Of a DNA stretch of 64,000 nt, positions 25,481-39,112 are shown piece after piece. The stretch lies in assembly GCA_964016885.1 (NCBI GenBank), contig OZ024746.1, positions 92,070,001-92,134,000 on the forward strand, given 5' to 3'. Each line of letters starts with the position of its first letter. Positions within the stretch are counted from its first letter, which is position 1. The position numbers were made by a program, and so were the translations under genes. This stretch comes from Eledone cirrhosa. Its lineage: Eukaryota. Below the pieces are notes generated by a model. The model had not been told where the DNA came from and searched no databases. It saw only the letters and a program-made list of their open reading frames with translations.

Positions 25481-27372
25481 AGCTATAACTATACAGAAAA
25501 GAAGTGCGATAGTTAATTGGCCAACAAGCTCTCTACATTCCAGAACCACATCATGAGATTTATGACTGGCAAGCAGCTCAGTGAGCTGGTCTTGACTGTG
25601 TTAATTGGACGACAAGGTCACTTCAGAAGCTCTCTACATTCCAGAACCACATCATGAGACTTATGACTGACAAGCGGCTCAGTGACCGTATCTGTATCAG
25701 TGAGCTGCTCAACATTACCAAACTTAGACCAATTACATCAATTGTCAGGTCAAGAGTACTCAAACTATACAGCCACATAAAAAGATCAACTCGTGGTGTG
25801 AGTAGGTTATGCCTACTTACGTACACACAGACACACAGACACACACACATGCAGTGTTTAGGGTGGGATGTTAGGTGTGGTATGTGTTGGTGAGGTTGAT
25901 GGTTGTGGATGTATGGTGATGTGTTTGGTGGTGGGGGTGATGGGTGCGACATGATATTTACAGGATCGAATGTTACAATGGGTTACAAGTTAAAAACTGA
26001 CAGAGAAAACAATGGTACTGAAATGAGAGATGGTATGGTAAGGTATTGGTGATTATCCCTATGTCGAGTTCGGGCTAGGGTTTGTCCCTGGCACATGGCC
26101 GAATGTCTGGGTGGGATGTGTTGGTGATGTTGATGGTTGTGGATGTATGGCGATGTGTTTGGTGGTGGTGGTGAGGGTGATGGGTGTGAGATGATATTTA
26201 CAAGATCTGATCCTACAATGGGTTACATGTTACAGAAAACAAAGGTACTGAGATGAGGGACGGTGTGGTAAGGCAAAGGTGGTTATCCCTATGTTGAGAC
26301 AGGGTTAGCCTTTGGCTCATGGCCAAATGACTGTGCGGAGAAGGTGCTCTTCCTAGTGTGCCTGCAGTTTGGCAGTATCGGTAGAGAGTCGGACGCCATG
26401 CTTTCCAGCGTAGTTACGTCCCTTTACGGTCTGAGTTCAAATCCCGCCTAGGTTCACTTTGCCTTTCATCCTTACGGGGTCGATAAAATAAAGTACCAGT
26501 AATGCACTGGGTAATTGCTGGCCTCGTGCCAAAAGTAGAAACAATTATTATATGTGTATATATATATTGTTATATTTGGGGAGGGTCATATTGTTATAAT
26601 ATTGCCAGAAATAATAATAAAACACACTCACTGTTTGGTTTGGATTGATTTTCGTTTCTGTTTCTTTTATATCTCCATAGTTAATTTATCTGGCAATCAA
26701 TGTTTATCATTGATTGACCAACCGTTAAAAATGCAGATATAATATATATATATAGTCTATCAACGTTCTTTCATCACACACTTGTGACATCATCAGTGGT
26801 ACTATTATGTTTCCTCCCATTGTATTGTAATGTCTAGTGTGTTTTATTATTATTTCTGGCAATTCTCCAAATATAACAATATTCGCTTCAACACACAATT
26901 TCATATCAAAAACCTTGCCAAAAAAAAATATATGTATGTATATATATGCATACATATATATTTTTTTCATATATGTGTGTATTTTTATATATATGTATGT
27001 GTATATATATATGTGTGTGTTTTATATATATGTATGTGTATATATATATGTGTGTGTTTTATATATATGTATGTGTATATATATGTGTGTGTGTGTGTGT
27101 AATTGTAAACACCTTACCATTTGCAGACTTCACCATTCTTTAATAGAACATGTTAATACAACCAATTAATGAAATCCCTTTCTTTGCTTAGAATAAATGA
27201 ACCTTGAATATTAGGAGTGCCTGCATTTGTATCCTTCTCTATCACTATGATATAGTTTTTCAAAGAATCCCCATTCTTTAAATCCGTCAACCAATGACCT
27301 CCACCCATCCCAATCACCACCCTCCCCTACCACCAGAAAATGTATTAATACCACCATATCACAATGACAGTC

Positions 27373-27424
27373 GGCTTTCCTGATGATTTCCTTCAAATGA
27401 AACAGTTCTAGTCCTGTAGAAGCC
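27373..27424 (+). ncRNA. Hammerhead ribozyme motif
   Basis: GGCTTTC-CTGATGA-TTTCCTTCAAAT-GAAA-CAG..CTG-TA-GAAGCC; GUA triplet; weak stem II closed by U.U. Confidence 0.55.
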
Positions 27425-28444
27425 ATTTCTATATTAAATATTTATACTCTGCTATGTATTGAGTACCTTACTTACTGTGGTTACCCCCGATTGAACCCTG
27501 GATACACACACACATATATGCACACACACCCCACACACACACAGACACACACGTTTATATATATGCATATATATAAATTATTACATGTCAAAAATGTTTC
27601 TTCTGTCATATTTCATTCTATATCTTTGAAATTTATCAAAATTTGTGAATAAATAGAAATATCTTGGGAAAAAAATAACATCTCAAACATTGAATTCTTT
27701 AGAATAAGATAACTGTTCAAGATATTGTCCTCCATTACACATACACCTCCAATATATTGAACTCATCCATTTAATTTATCAGTTTCATTTTATGTCACAA
27801 CAGTACACCTATTTTTGTGTACTTTACCGTCTATACTGCATTGTTCTGGTCTTCTCCTTTCAAAGCAACATCTTTATCTTCTACACAAACTTATGTCTAT
27901 TCATCCATATTGTCTGCCTGGCGTTAGAAAGTTAATAGAAATTAGCTCCATGAATTTCACCTCTTTTTTTCACTTTTCATGACTGCATTTGAAAGCTGAG
28001 TTTTGTAGGTTTATCATGAACACCAAATGAAAACTAAACCACCTACAGAGCTATTCAGTTTAAACTGTGTTAATTAGATAAATACTAATATTTCTGTCTG
28101 TATATATCACCGGGAGAGACCATTGTTGGTGTTAATATCATTGGTAAATGTGAAAGTCTATGTCATTGATTTACTAAGATGTAAATACAACTCTTCATTC
28201 CCTTTCTCTCCTTAATTGACAATTGAAAAGGCAAGACGATTCTTTTCAATTCTGCAATGCCAATTAATATCTTGAACATAAAATCTCTCTATTGAGTTTA
28301 TGATTCAAATTTCTAACTGAAGATTTTAGAAAAATCTATAACTCTTTTCTATCAATAGAATATGTAAAAATGAAGAACTTCGTAAAACAACTGTTTGAAA
28401 TTCTAATATTTCTTTTTCTTATATATGAAAATTAATATTTTCAG

Positions 28445-28529
28445 ATTTACTTACCATACAAGAATACCATTCATTGATTTGTCTGCTGTGTGCTGACTTT
28501 CCTTTCAAAATGGTGAAGAAGACTGCACG
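28445..28529 (+). CDS. CSTPP1: CSTPP1 coding exon 4 (DLLTIQEYHSLICLLCADFPFKMVKKTAR)
   Basis: Acceptor ttttcag| and donor CG|gtatga, phase 1 to 2. Matches recalled human DLLTMKEYHCLLQLLCPDFPLELTQKAAR. Confidence 0.95.
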
Positions 28530-29719
28530 GTATGAAATTCTCCTTATTACTATATCACCTAATTTAAAAATCAATGTCATCAGTAGTAAGTTAGAGGCCC
28601 TAGGCATTCAACAGTTCTCTATGTCTTATAAGCTATACAAGTAACTATTATTTAAATTACCAGAATATTTGACCCACAAGGGACAATTATCAACCCATGT
28701 AATATATTATTTAAAGAAAATAACTTAATTTTATTCATTAAATTATCCTACATTTTGTCTTCACTCTAATAAAATAGTGTCTTTAAGTGAATAACAAATG
28801 AGCATTTTATGAAACCTACTATTACATATCATGCTAGTCTTGATAATTAATGGCTTCTCTGTTGCATTCAGTTGTTCATTCTTCCAAACATCCTCACTCA
28901 TTAAATCTAAAAGTGGTCGATTATTCCACAGACATGTAATTTCTAAGCTGAATCAACATAATGTAAAATATGACATGGCTGGCACTTTGAATTATAGGAA
29001 CAGTCCATCACAGTTTCCATCTACCCAATTTCACTCACAAGGCATGGGTTAACTCAAAGCTATAGTAAAAGAGACACCCAAGATGCTATGCAGTGAAATC
29101 AAACTCACTACCTCATGATAAGGAAACAAACTGTTTAACCATTTCATGACCACATTTCTAATGAAATACACTCTATTTTAATTAATTAATGAAGAATTTT
29201 GAGGGATTTACTAAAATTATTAATTATTTCATTACTAAGATAGTAACTTAATGTAAGGTTCTTATATAAAATTATGTTGGAAGATTTTAATTTAAATTGG
29301 AAACCTGTAAAATGGGTGGTTTTGTTTCATAGAACCAGAGCTGCTTTTGGCTGGGTTGGTAACTAAAGGGTTAACCTCAATGCTGCTCTGTATCCACAGT
29401 AGTATGGTAAGGTATAATACAAAACACCATACCACATTCTTAATGGTTTTATCATTCTCTGCTGTTTCAAGATGAATCTTATCAGGACATTTGTTATAAG
29501 TCTTTCTTGGGTTAATGAAATAAATACCAAACAGGTACTATGGTCAATTAAATTGATTACTAGATTGGCTGGCCTATTGGACGCCCCTTCATATAAGATG
29601 ACCCCTGATTTTGCAAGGACATTTTGAGAAAAAAAGAATTTCAGTTAATCTCTTCATAAATTTATTCAAAATTATTTCATTGTTTTTTCAGTTCAGCAAC
29701 ATTTTGCTTATAAAAATTG

Positions 29720-31890
29720 TATTGTAATACTATTAGTAATACTATTAGTAATACTATTAGTAATACTGATAGTATTACTATTAGTAATGCTAATAGTATT
29801 ACTATTAGTAATGCTGATAGTATTACTATTAGTAATGCTAATAGTATTACTATTAGTAATGCTGATAGTATTACTATTAGTAATGCTAATAGTATTACTA
29901 TTAGTAATGCTATTAGTAATACTATTAGTAATGCTGATAGTATTACTATTAGTAATGCTATTAGTAATACTATTAGTAATGCTGATATTATTACTATCAG
30001 TAATGCTAATAGTATTACTATTAGTAATGCTGATAGTATTACTATTAGTAATGCTAATAGTATTACTATTAGTAATGCTGATAGTATTACTATTAGTAAT
30101 GCTATTAGTAATACTATTAGTAATGCTGATATTATTACTATCAGTAATGCTAATAGTATTACTATTAGTAATGCTGATAGTATTACTATTAGTAATGCTA
30201 ATAGTATTACTATTAGTAATGCTGATAGTATTACTATTAGTAATGCTAATAGTATTACTATTAGTAATGCTGATAGTATTACTATTAGTAATGCTAATAG
30301 TATTACTATTAGTAATGCTATTAGTAATACTATTAGTAATGCTGATAGTATTACTATCAGTAATGCTAATAGTATTACTATTAGTAATGCTGATAGTATT
30401 ACTATTAGTAATGCTGATAGTATTACTATCAGTAATGCTATTAGTAATGCTAATAGTATTACTATTAGTAATGCTGATAGTATTACTATCAGTAATGCTA
30501 ATAGTATTACTATTAGTAATGCTGATAGTATTACTATCAGTAATGCTATTAGTAATGCTAATAGTATTACTATTAGTAATGCTGATAGTATTACTATCAG
30601 TAATGCTATTAGTAATGCTAATAGTATTGCTATTAGTAATGCTGATAGTATTACTATCAGTAATGCTAATAGTATTACTATTAGTAATGCTGATAGTATT
30701 ACTATTAGTAATGCTGATAGTATTACTATCAGTAATGCTATTAGTAATGCTAATAGTATTACTATTAGTAATGCTGATAGTATTACTATCAGTAATGCTG
30801 ATAGTATTACTATCAGTAATGCTATTAGTAATGCTAATAGTATTGCTATTAGTAATGCTGATAGTATTACTATCAGTAATGCTATTAGTAATGCTAATAG
30901 TATTACTATTAGTAATGCTGATAGTATTACTATTAGTAATGCTGATAGTATTACTATCAGTAATGCTATTAGTAATGCTAATAGTATTACTATTAGTAAT
31001 GCTGATAGTATTACTATCAGTAATGCTGATAGTATTACTATCAGTAATGCTATTAGTAATGCTAATAGTATTGCTATTAGTAATGCTGATAGTATTACTA
31101 TCAGTAATGCTATTAGTAATGCTAATAGTATTACTATTAGTAATGCTGATAGTATTACTATTAGTAATGCTGATAGTATTACTATCAGTAATGCTATTAG
31201 TAATGCTAATAGTATTACTATTAGTAATGCTGATAGTATTACTATCAGTAATGCTATTAGTAATGCTAATAGTATTACTATTAGTAATGCTGATAGTATT
31301 ACTATCAGTAATGCTAATAGTATTACTATTAGTAATGCTAACAGTAATACTAATAGTATTACTATTAGTATTACTATTAGTAATGCAAACTAAATTGTAT
31401 TGTAATACTATTAGTAATACTATTAGTAATGATGATAGCATTACTATTAGTAATGCTAATAGTAATGCTAACAGTAATACTATTAGTAATACTAATAGTA
31501 ATACTAACAGTAATACTATTAGTAATACTATTAGTAATACTAATAGTAATACTAACAGTAATACTATTAGTAATACTATTAGTAATACTAATAGTAATGC
31601 TAACAGTAATACTATTAGTAATACTAACAGTAATACTAACAGTAATACTATTAGTAATACTAATAGTAATGCTAACAGTAATACTATTAGTAATACTAAC
31701 AGTAATACTAACAGTAATACTATTAGTAATACTAATAGTAATACTAACAGTAATACTATTAGTAATACAAACTAAATTGTATTGTAATACTATTAGTAAT
31801 ACTAATAGTAATGCTAACAGTAATACTATTAGTAATACTAACAGTAATGCTAACAGTAATACTATTAGTAATACAAACTAAATTGTATTG
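29720..31890. repeat. 12/18-bp AT-rich satellite built on the palindrome AGTATTACTA-T-TAGTAAT(G/A)CT
   Basis: Tandem repeat; generates the 557-662 aa pseudo-ORFs on both strands. Confidence 0.95.
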
Positions 31891-32712
31891 TAATAAGATG
31901 GAATGGCTCTTCTAGCACATCTCCCTTACCATCCTTCTCCATTCTGTCCACCAGGCTGTGGGGTGGCCAGCACGTGGGACCCCATTTGCTCACAATACAG
32001 AGAGATGGGGGGGGGGGGCGATGATAGTGGGAGTTCGGCTCTTCCGTGTTCGGACACATTACGCCTGTCATGTGGAGACATGTATCTGAAGCTACTACTC
32101 ACTAAGACTTACACTAAAGAACACATTGTCCAGTAAGGTACCAGTGAAATACCGGGATTGATATAATTAGCTGTTTCCCTCTCCACCAAATTGCTGACTT
32201 TTGTCACTAAATTAGAAAGCAATATTATATTTGCAGTGGATTGGCAGTATCAGTCAGACAACATGCTTAGTGGCATAGAGTTATGGCCTTTTACGTTTTG
32301 ACTTCAAATCCTGCCGAGGTTAGCTTTGCCTTTCATTCTTACGGGGTCAATAAAATAAAGTACCAGTAATGCATTGGGGTCGATTTAGTTGACTTCCCCT
32401 CCCCCAAAATTGTTGGTCTTGTGACTAAATTAGAAAGCAATATTATATTAGAATTTTGGAATGTAATAATTAGTCATCTTTCTGTAGCTGTTAGATACCA
32501 AATAACAACTCCATTGGTACTACTGCATTATAAAATCAATGGAAAGACACATGTCTGTGTAGATTCTACTTAGCTACTAAACTGCTGTCACAGCAACTTG
32601 GATTTACTTCTATTTAAGCAGAATTACTCTCAATGTATTCTTTAGAGATTGTTACCAGTTTATAGCTACACATTAAATCTACAGATTTACCAATAATCTT
32701 CATGGCTCCTTA

Positions 32713-34305
32713 CTATATAGTATTGTGGTAGAACATGTTTGGTATATAGTATTGTGGTAGAACATGTTTGGTATATAGTATTGTGGTAGAACATGTTTGG
32801 TATATAGTATTGTGGTAGAACATGTTTGGTATATATTATTGTGGTGGTTAGAACATGTTTGGTATATAGTATTGTGGTTAGAACATGTTTGGTATATAGT
32901 ATTGTGGTGGTTAAAACATGTTTGGTATATAGTATTGTGGTAGAACATGTTTGGTATATAGTATTGTGGTGGTAGAACATGTTTGGTATATAGTATTGTG
33001 GTTAGAACATGTTTGGTATGTATAGAACATGTTTGGTTTATAGTATTGTGGTGGTAGAACATGTTTGGTATATAGTATTGTGGTGGTAGAACATGTTTGG
33101 TATATAGTATTGTGGTGGTAGAACATGTTTGGTATATAGTATTGTGGTGGTAGAACATGTTTGGTATATAGTATTGTGGTGGTAGAACATGTTTGGTATA
33201 TAGTATTGTGGTAGAACATGTTTGGTATATATTATTGTGGTGGTTAGAACATGTTTGGTATATAGTATTGTGGTTAGAACATGTTTGGTATATAGTATTG
33301 TGGTGGTTAAAACATGTTTGGTATATAGTATTGTGGTAGAACATCTTTGGTATATAGTATTGTGGTGGTAGAACATGTTTGGTATATAGTATTGTGGTGG
33401 TAGAACATGTTTGGTATATAGTATTGTGGTGGTAGAACATGTTTGGTATATAGTATTGTGGTGGTAGAACATGTTTGGTATATAGTATTGTGGTGGTAGA
33501 ACATGTTTGGTATATAGTATTGTGGTGGTAGAACATGTTTGGTATATAGTATTGTGGTGGTAGAACATGTTTGGTATATAGTATTGTGGTGGTAGAACAT
33601 GTTTGGTATATAGTATTGTGATGGTAGAACATGTTTGGTATATAGTATTGTGGTGGTAGAACATGTTTGGTATATAGTATTGTGGTGGTAGAACATGTTT
33701 GGTATATAGTATTGTGGTGGTAGAACATGTTTGGTATATAGTATTGTGGTGGTAGAACATGTTTGGTATATAGTATTGTGGTGGTAGAACATGTTTGGTA
33801 TATAGTATTGTGATGGTAGAACATGTTTGGTATATAGTATTGTGGTGGTAGAACATGTTTGGTATATAGTATTGTGGTGGTAGAACATGTTTGGTATATA
33901 GTATTGTGGTGGTAGAACATGTTTGGTATATAGTATTGTGGTGGTAGAACATGTTTGGTATATAGTATTGTGGTGGTAGAACATGTTTGGTATATAGTAT
34001 TGTGATGGTAGAACATGTTTGGTATATAGTATTGTGGTGGTAGAACATGTTTGGTATATAGTATTGTGGTAGAACATGTTTGGTATATAGTATTGTGGTG
34101 GTAGAACATGTTTTGTATATAGTATTGTGGTGGTAGAACATGTTTGGTATATAGTATTGTGGTAGAACATGTTTGGTATATAGTATTGTGGTGGTAGAAC
34201 ATGTTTGGTATATAGTATTGTGGTGGTAGAACATGTTTGGTATATAGTATTGTGGTAGAACATGTTTGGTATATAGTATTGTGGTTAGAACTGGTATATA
34301 GTATT
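32713..34305. repeat. 28/31-bp satellite TATATAGTATTGTGG(TGG)TAGAACATGTTTGG, about 50 units
   Basis: Direct tandem repeat. Confidence 0.97.
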
Positions 34306-34619
34306 ATATATAAACAAATATAAAACAATATAAAATTGTATAGAAACGGTCACACCACCCCAGCCACCCTCAGCCCCAACACTGCCATCACCACCATCTC
34401 CAACATCAATGCCACTGCCATCAACACCACCATCACTATCACTGCCATCTCCAACATCACCACCACCACCATCAACACCACCACCATCGTCATCACCACT
34501 ATCACCACCACCACCACCATCACAACCACCACCACCATCACCACCATCATAACCACCACCACCACCACCACCATCACCACCATCACCACCACTACCACCA
34601 TCACACCACCACAGAAGAG

Positions 34620-35495
34620 CTCAAATGTCGCAAAGCCACTGGGGACGATGAAATCTAGCCTGAGATGTTAAAAGCCTTAAATAGAGAAGCTATTCTCTAG
34701 CTGACTCATGTGTGCCGAGTGGCTTGGATCTCTAAGCAATGGCAATTAGGAGTGATAATCCCAATTTTCAAAAAGAGAGATTGTTCCAATTACAGAGGGA
34801 ACTTCTTGTTAAGCCTCCCCAGTAAAGTCTATGCTACGTGTCTGACAAAGAGATGCAGGTAGATTATCGAGTCCAAGTTAGCTGATGAAGAGTGTGGTTT
34901 TCACCCCGGACGCAGCACAGCTGACCACATATTCATACTGCAGCAGGTATTCGAGAAATCGTGGGAGTGTTGCCAAGAGGTATATTCTTGTTTTGTAGAC
35001 AAAAAGGCATATGACCCTGTTCCTTGGGACCTGCTGTGGAAGGTTATGCAGGATTTTTTGATTGATGGTCAGCTTCTTGCTGCCCTGATGTCTCTCTATG
35101 AATGCCTAAGTATTTGTGTTTGAATAAATGGTGCTAAATCAAAACAATTCAATGTAGAAGTCAGATGCTGCCAAGGTGGGTACTGTCACCTCTCCTGTTC
35201 ATGATTTACATGAACAGGATTGACATACACAGCCAGGTTGGAAGTTGTATCATGACTGGCTGGTGTAAAATCAGTTGGCTAGAATTTGCAGGTGACATAT
35301 TTGGTGTTAGAAAGGGCATCCAGCTGTAAAAACTTAGCCAGAAACGGTCCTATATGAGTGAGACATGGTCGCCTTACCCAAATCACCTCAAATAGAACGA
35401 CCCTTCTAACCCATGGTAGCATGGAAAATGGACATTAAATGATGATGATGTTAACTCAACAGAAGGTGATCTCCAACTTGCCCTTGATCTTTTCA
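34620..35495 (+). mobile_element. RTE (Expander-like) RT fragment, interrupted by an RTE-tail/(GAT)n element at about 35300-35450
   Basis: Decayed PEMLKAL..GVIIPIFKK..CSNYRG..LLSLPSKVYA..CGF.PGRSTADHIFILQQVFEKSWE. Confidence 0.8.
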
Positions 35496-35672
35496 GCTGG
35501 TCCTCGTAAACAGGGTAGTGGATTAAATCTACCCCTTCTATTTTATTGGGCTTCACATTTTCTTTTCCTCACTTTCGTTTACTAGTTTTCCATTGAAATC
35601 ACATCGTTGTGGTATTTTCTCACATTTTTGGTAACCAGGTTGAAGATCACATGTCTTTGAATAGTTTGTAGA

Positions 35673-35832
35673 AGGGTCAGCTGAGAAGTTCATAGGCTGA
35701 CCAAGATACACTCATGGAATGATCAAATGAGGTTTATTTTTCAACATAGTCCCTGGAAAGAAACAATGCAGAAGAGTTGAAATTAATGCATGCGAGATTT
35801 CACAGTACTAGCATCACTCCTTCATAGTCAGC
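35673..35832. mobile_element. Mariner-like MITE (copies at 41728-41923 and 52636-52808)
   Basis: Terminus GGGTCAGCTGAAAAGTTCATAGGCTGAC; the 41728 copy ends GTCAGCTTGTGAACTTTTCAGCCAACCCT. Confidence 0.6.
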
Positions 35833-35928
35833 ATACACACACACACACACACACAATGTTACAGTTATGTTATCTTCTAAGAATTAATTGAAGGTATTTG
35901 TGTGTATGATGTTATCCAGAGAAGCTCT

Positions 35929-36016
<88 letters not shown>

Positions 36017-36069
36017 GCTATTTATATATATATCTGTAACATAAACTTCAAAAAACATGACAGACACTT

Positions 36070-38740
36070 GATCACTTATAGATGAGGGGAGCACACCAGC
36101 CAGATAGATTTTATCCTTACTAGAAAACGAGACATATTACTTGATGCTTTTGATAGTAAGGAAGAGCAATTAGAGATGTACAATATAGAGGAACAATGAG
36201 AATTCTTGAAAGTGAACCTGCTGAAGGCGACAGATGAAATCTGTGGCTGGAGCAGACCATTGGGCAGGAGGAGAGTAACTTGGTGGTGGAACAGTAAGGT
36301 GGAGGAGACAATCAAGGGCGGCCAAAAAGCAGGCTTGAAAAGTATGGCAGAATGGGGGAAGTAGAGAACACTATCAAGTGGCCAGGAGAGAAGCTAGGAG
36401 ACAAGTGTACTTTGCAAGAAGGGAAGCAAAGGAGAGTAAGTTCAAGCAAGTTCTACAATGCAAGGACCAAAAACGTGAGGTGTTCAGGATTGCAAGATAA
36501 TGTGCCAAGGAAAACTGTGATATTGTCAGGGAGAAGTGTGTCTGTAATTATGATGAAATACTTGCCCTCACTGATAAGAAGGTAGCTTGGAAGTGTCACT
36601 ATGAGAGACTACTAAATGAGGAGAATAAATGGGGAAAAGATAGTCTACCCTAAATCGATCCAATAGAAGGACAAGCTGTGCAAGTTAATGGTAGTATAAT
36701 AAGTAAGGTAATCAAAGATATGAAGCCATGTAAGGCAGCTGGGCCTTCGGAGATAGCTGTTGAGATGTTGAAAGCATCTGGAATGGTGGGACATACTTTG
36801 GTCAACTGGATAGTAAACCAAGTAATACAGAATGGGATCATACCAAATGACGGGCATAGCAGCAGCATTGTTAACTGCTACAAGGGCAAAGGAGACGCTC
36901 TAGATAGAGGAAACTATAGAGGCATTAAGTTAGTTGACCAGGTCATGATGGTCATAGAAAGAGTTATTGCACAACTAATTGGAGACCGAAATGATCTATA
37001 TGAAATGCAGTTTGGGTTTGTGCCAGGTAAAAGTACCACGGATGCTCTCTTTGTACGACAACTACAGGAGAAGTACCTAGCTAAAAGTAAACCCCACTAC
37101 TTAGCTTTTGTTGACTTGGAGAAAACCTTTGACAGAGTCCCCCACTCCATTATCTGGTGGGCTCTTAGAAAACTAGGTGTAGATGAATGGCTTGTGAGAG
37201 CTATACAAGCCATGTATAGAGAAACAGTCAGCAAGGTTAGAATTAACAATGAATATAAGTGAAGGATTTAGCATAAATGTTGGTGTTCATCAAGGCTTCG
37301 TCATTAGCCCCCTCCTGTTTATTATTGCCCTTCAGGCTATAACAGAGGAGTTTAAGACTGGCTGCCCATGGGAACATCTATATGCAGATGATCTAAGTCT
37401 CATAGCTTAATCAATGGCTGAACTAGAGAAGAAATTCCAAACATGGAAGCATGGCCTAGAATCAAAAGACCTTAAAGTTTACTTGTTTAAGACTAAAGTT
37501 CTAGTATGTAGAAAGGAAAATAGGGCACAGGTGCCCTCTGGGAAATGGCTATGGACAGTGTGTCAGAAAAGAGTAGGTAGAAATTCTTTTCTATGCCCCA
37601 AATGCAAACTATGGGTACATAAAAGATGTAGTGGGATCACAGGTAAGCTATCTAAGAATGTAGATTTTATATGTGGCCAATGCTCAGGTGTAATAAGTAG
37701 CAAGGACCCACTGGATGATATCTCCTTTAACTGCCCAGATGGTTCTATAGAAATTGTAGACACCTTCCGTTATCTGGGTGACAAAATCAGCAGTGGTGGA
37801 GGGCGCTCTGAAAGTACAGTAGTCAGAGTCAGAACGGATGGAAAAGTTCAGAGAGCTTATACCACTATTGGCCGCTAAAGGTTTCTCTTTAAAAATGAAA
37901 GGCAGATTGTATGATGCGTGCATACGAACAGCAATTTTACATGACAGTGAGACATGGGCATTGTGTGCAGAGGACCTGTGCAGATTGGAAAGGAATGAGG
38001 CATGCATGCTCTGTTGGATGTGTAATAGTAATATACACAAACGGCAAAACATAAACGAACTAAGTGAGAAATTAGGAATAAGAGGGATCAGATGCTGTTT
38101 ACTTGAGAGAAGATTACGTTGGTTTGGTCATGTGATGCACATGAAAGATGACTGCTGTATAAAAAAGTGCAGGACAGTCAAAATTGATGGAAGTTACGGA
38201 GTAGGTAGACCCAGAAAAACCTGGGACGAGGTGATAAGAACCAACCTTGCTCACCTATACCTCTCTAAGACAATGACACTTGATTGAGATCTTTGGCGCC
38301 ACGCAGTAATACAGAAGACCTGCCTTCCCTACGTTCAAAGTTAACCTACAGTCAGTAGGCCCCCTCCTAACCAAATATACTCCCCAACCCACTACCCCTA
38401 CTCCATCCTCCCACCAACACCACCCTTTCTCTGTAAAGTTATGTTGGTACCACAACATCCAGTTCAAACTAAGGAGGTTGTGTAGGTGTCACAACAAAAA
38501 AACACACAGTCCACGCTGTAATGTGGCAGTGTAGGTAACACGGTAAAAAGGCTCCCAGTCCACACTGTAAATGTGGTTGGTGTTAGGAAGGGTATCCAGC
38601 CATAGAAAACCTGCCAGATACAGTCCTATAGGAGTGAGACACGGTCACCCAATCAGTCTTACCTCAAGTGGGACAATTCCCGTCTAACATATGCAAGCAA
38701 GGAAGACAGACGTTAAACAATGATGATGATGATGATGATT
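36070..38740 (+). mobile_element. Degenerate RTE (BovB-like) LINE: end of APE, RT, PHD-like Zn finger, 3' UTR and (GAT)n tail
   Basis: KAAGPS, YKGKGDALDRGNYRGIKL, QFGFVPGKSTTDA, AFVDLEKTFDRVP, LYADDL, RRLRWFGHV, GRPRKTW, with stops and frameshifts. Confidence 0.92.
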
Positions 38741-38816
38741 TATATATATGCATGTGTGTGTGTGTGTGTACGATGTTCTCCAGAGAAGCTCTATATATAT
38801 GGTCTATATTTTGTAG

Positions 38817-38902
38817 AATTGTAATGCTGGACGATGCCCTGGACTACTTGATTTCATTCACTGATTTCCTTTATGCCTTTCAAATACAGTTCTGTTTTCA
38901 AG
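38817..38902 (+). CDS. CSTPP1: CSTPP1 coding exon 5 (IVMLDDALDYLISFTDFLYAFQIQFCFQ)
   Basis: Acceptor ttttgtag| and donor G|gtaaga, phase 2 to 1. Matches recalled human IVLMDDAMDCLMSFSDFLFAFQIQFYYS. Confidence 0.95.
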
Positions 38903-39112
38903 GTAAGATATTGAAGACTCTCTCATGGATACTGTCTATATACCTCATATATATGTCTGTAAGTTAGTGTGTGTATGTGTGTTTGCATGTTTACATGTTT
39001 GTGTGTGCATGTGTGCATGTATTTTTGCACTGAAGTGTGTGTGCAATATCATATAAATCATCATATCAACAGAAGTTATGTTAATCTTTTCTATTTGATG
39101 AACACTCATGTA

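Larger units (their letters stand above)
24806..27440. repeat. About 370-bp inverted repeat (24806-25170 versus 27090-27440), Penelope pLTR-like, each arm with a hammerhead motif
   Basis: The arms are reverse complements; hammerhead motifs at 27373-27424 (+) and 24821-24871 (-, C3 changed to U). Confidence 0.75.

Noticed and set aside
26755-26802. Minus-strand CTGATGA..GAAA hammerhead candidate
   Set aside because: Stem II is present but there is no NUH triplet or stem I partner; at best a truncated remnant.
29708-31881. 557-662 aa ORFs on both strands
   Set aside because: Products of a 12/18-bp satellite lacking stops in some frames; intronic, with no non-repetitive domain.
32622-32665. 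Possible exon 4 (ELLSM...)
   Set aside because: It hits a stop quickly; the true exon 4 is at 28445-28529.
32687-34328. Long minus-strand ORFs in all three frames
   Set aside because: Satellite translation artefact.
36678-38287. Active LINE or domesticated RT gene
   Set aside because: Multiple stops, frameshifts and an internal deletion.
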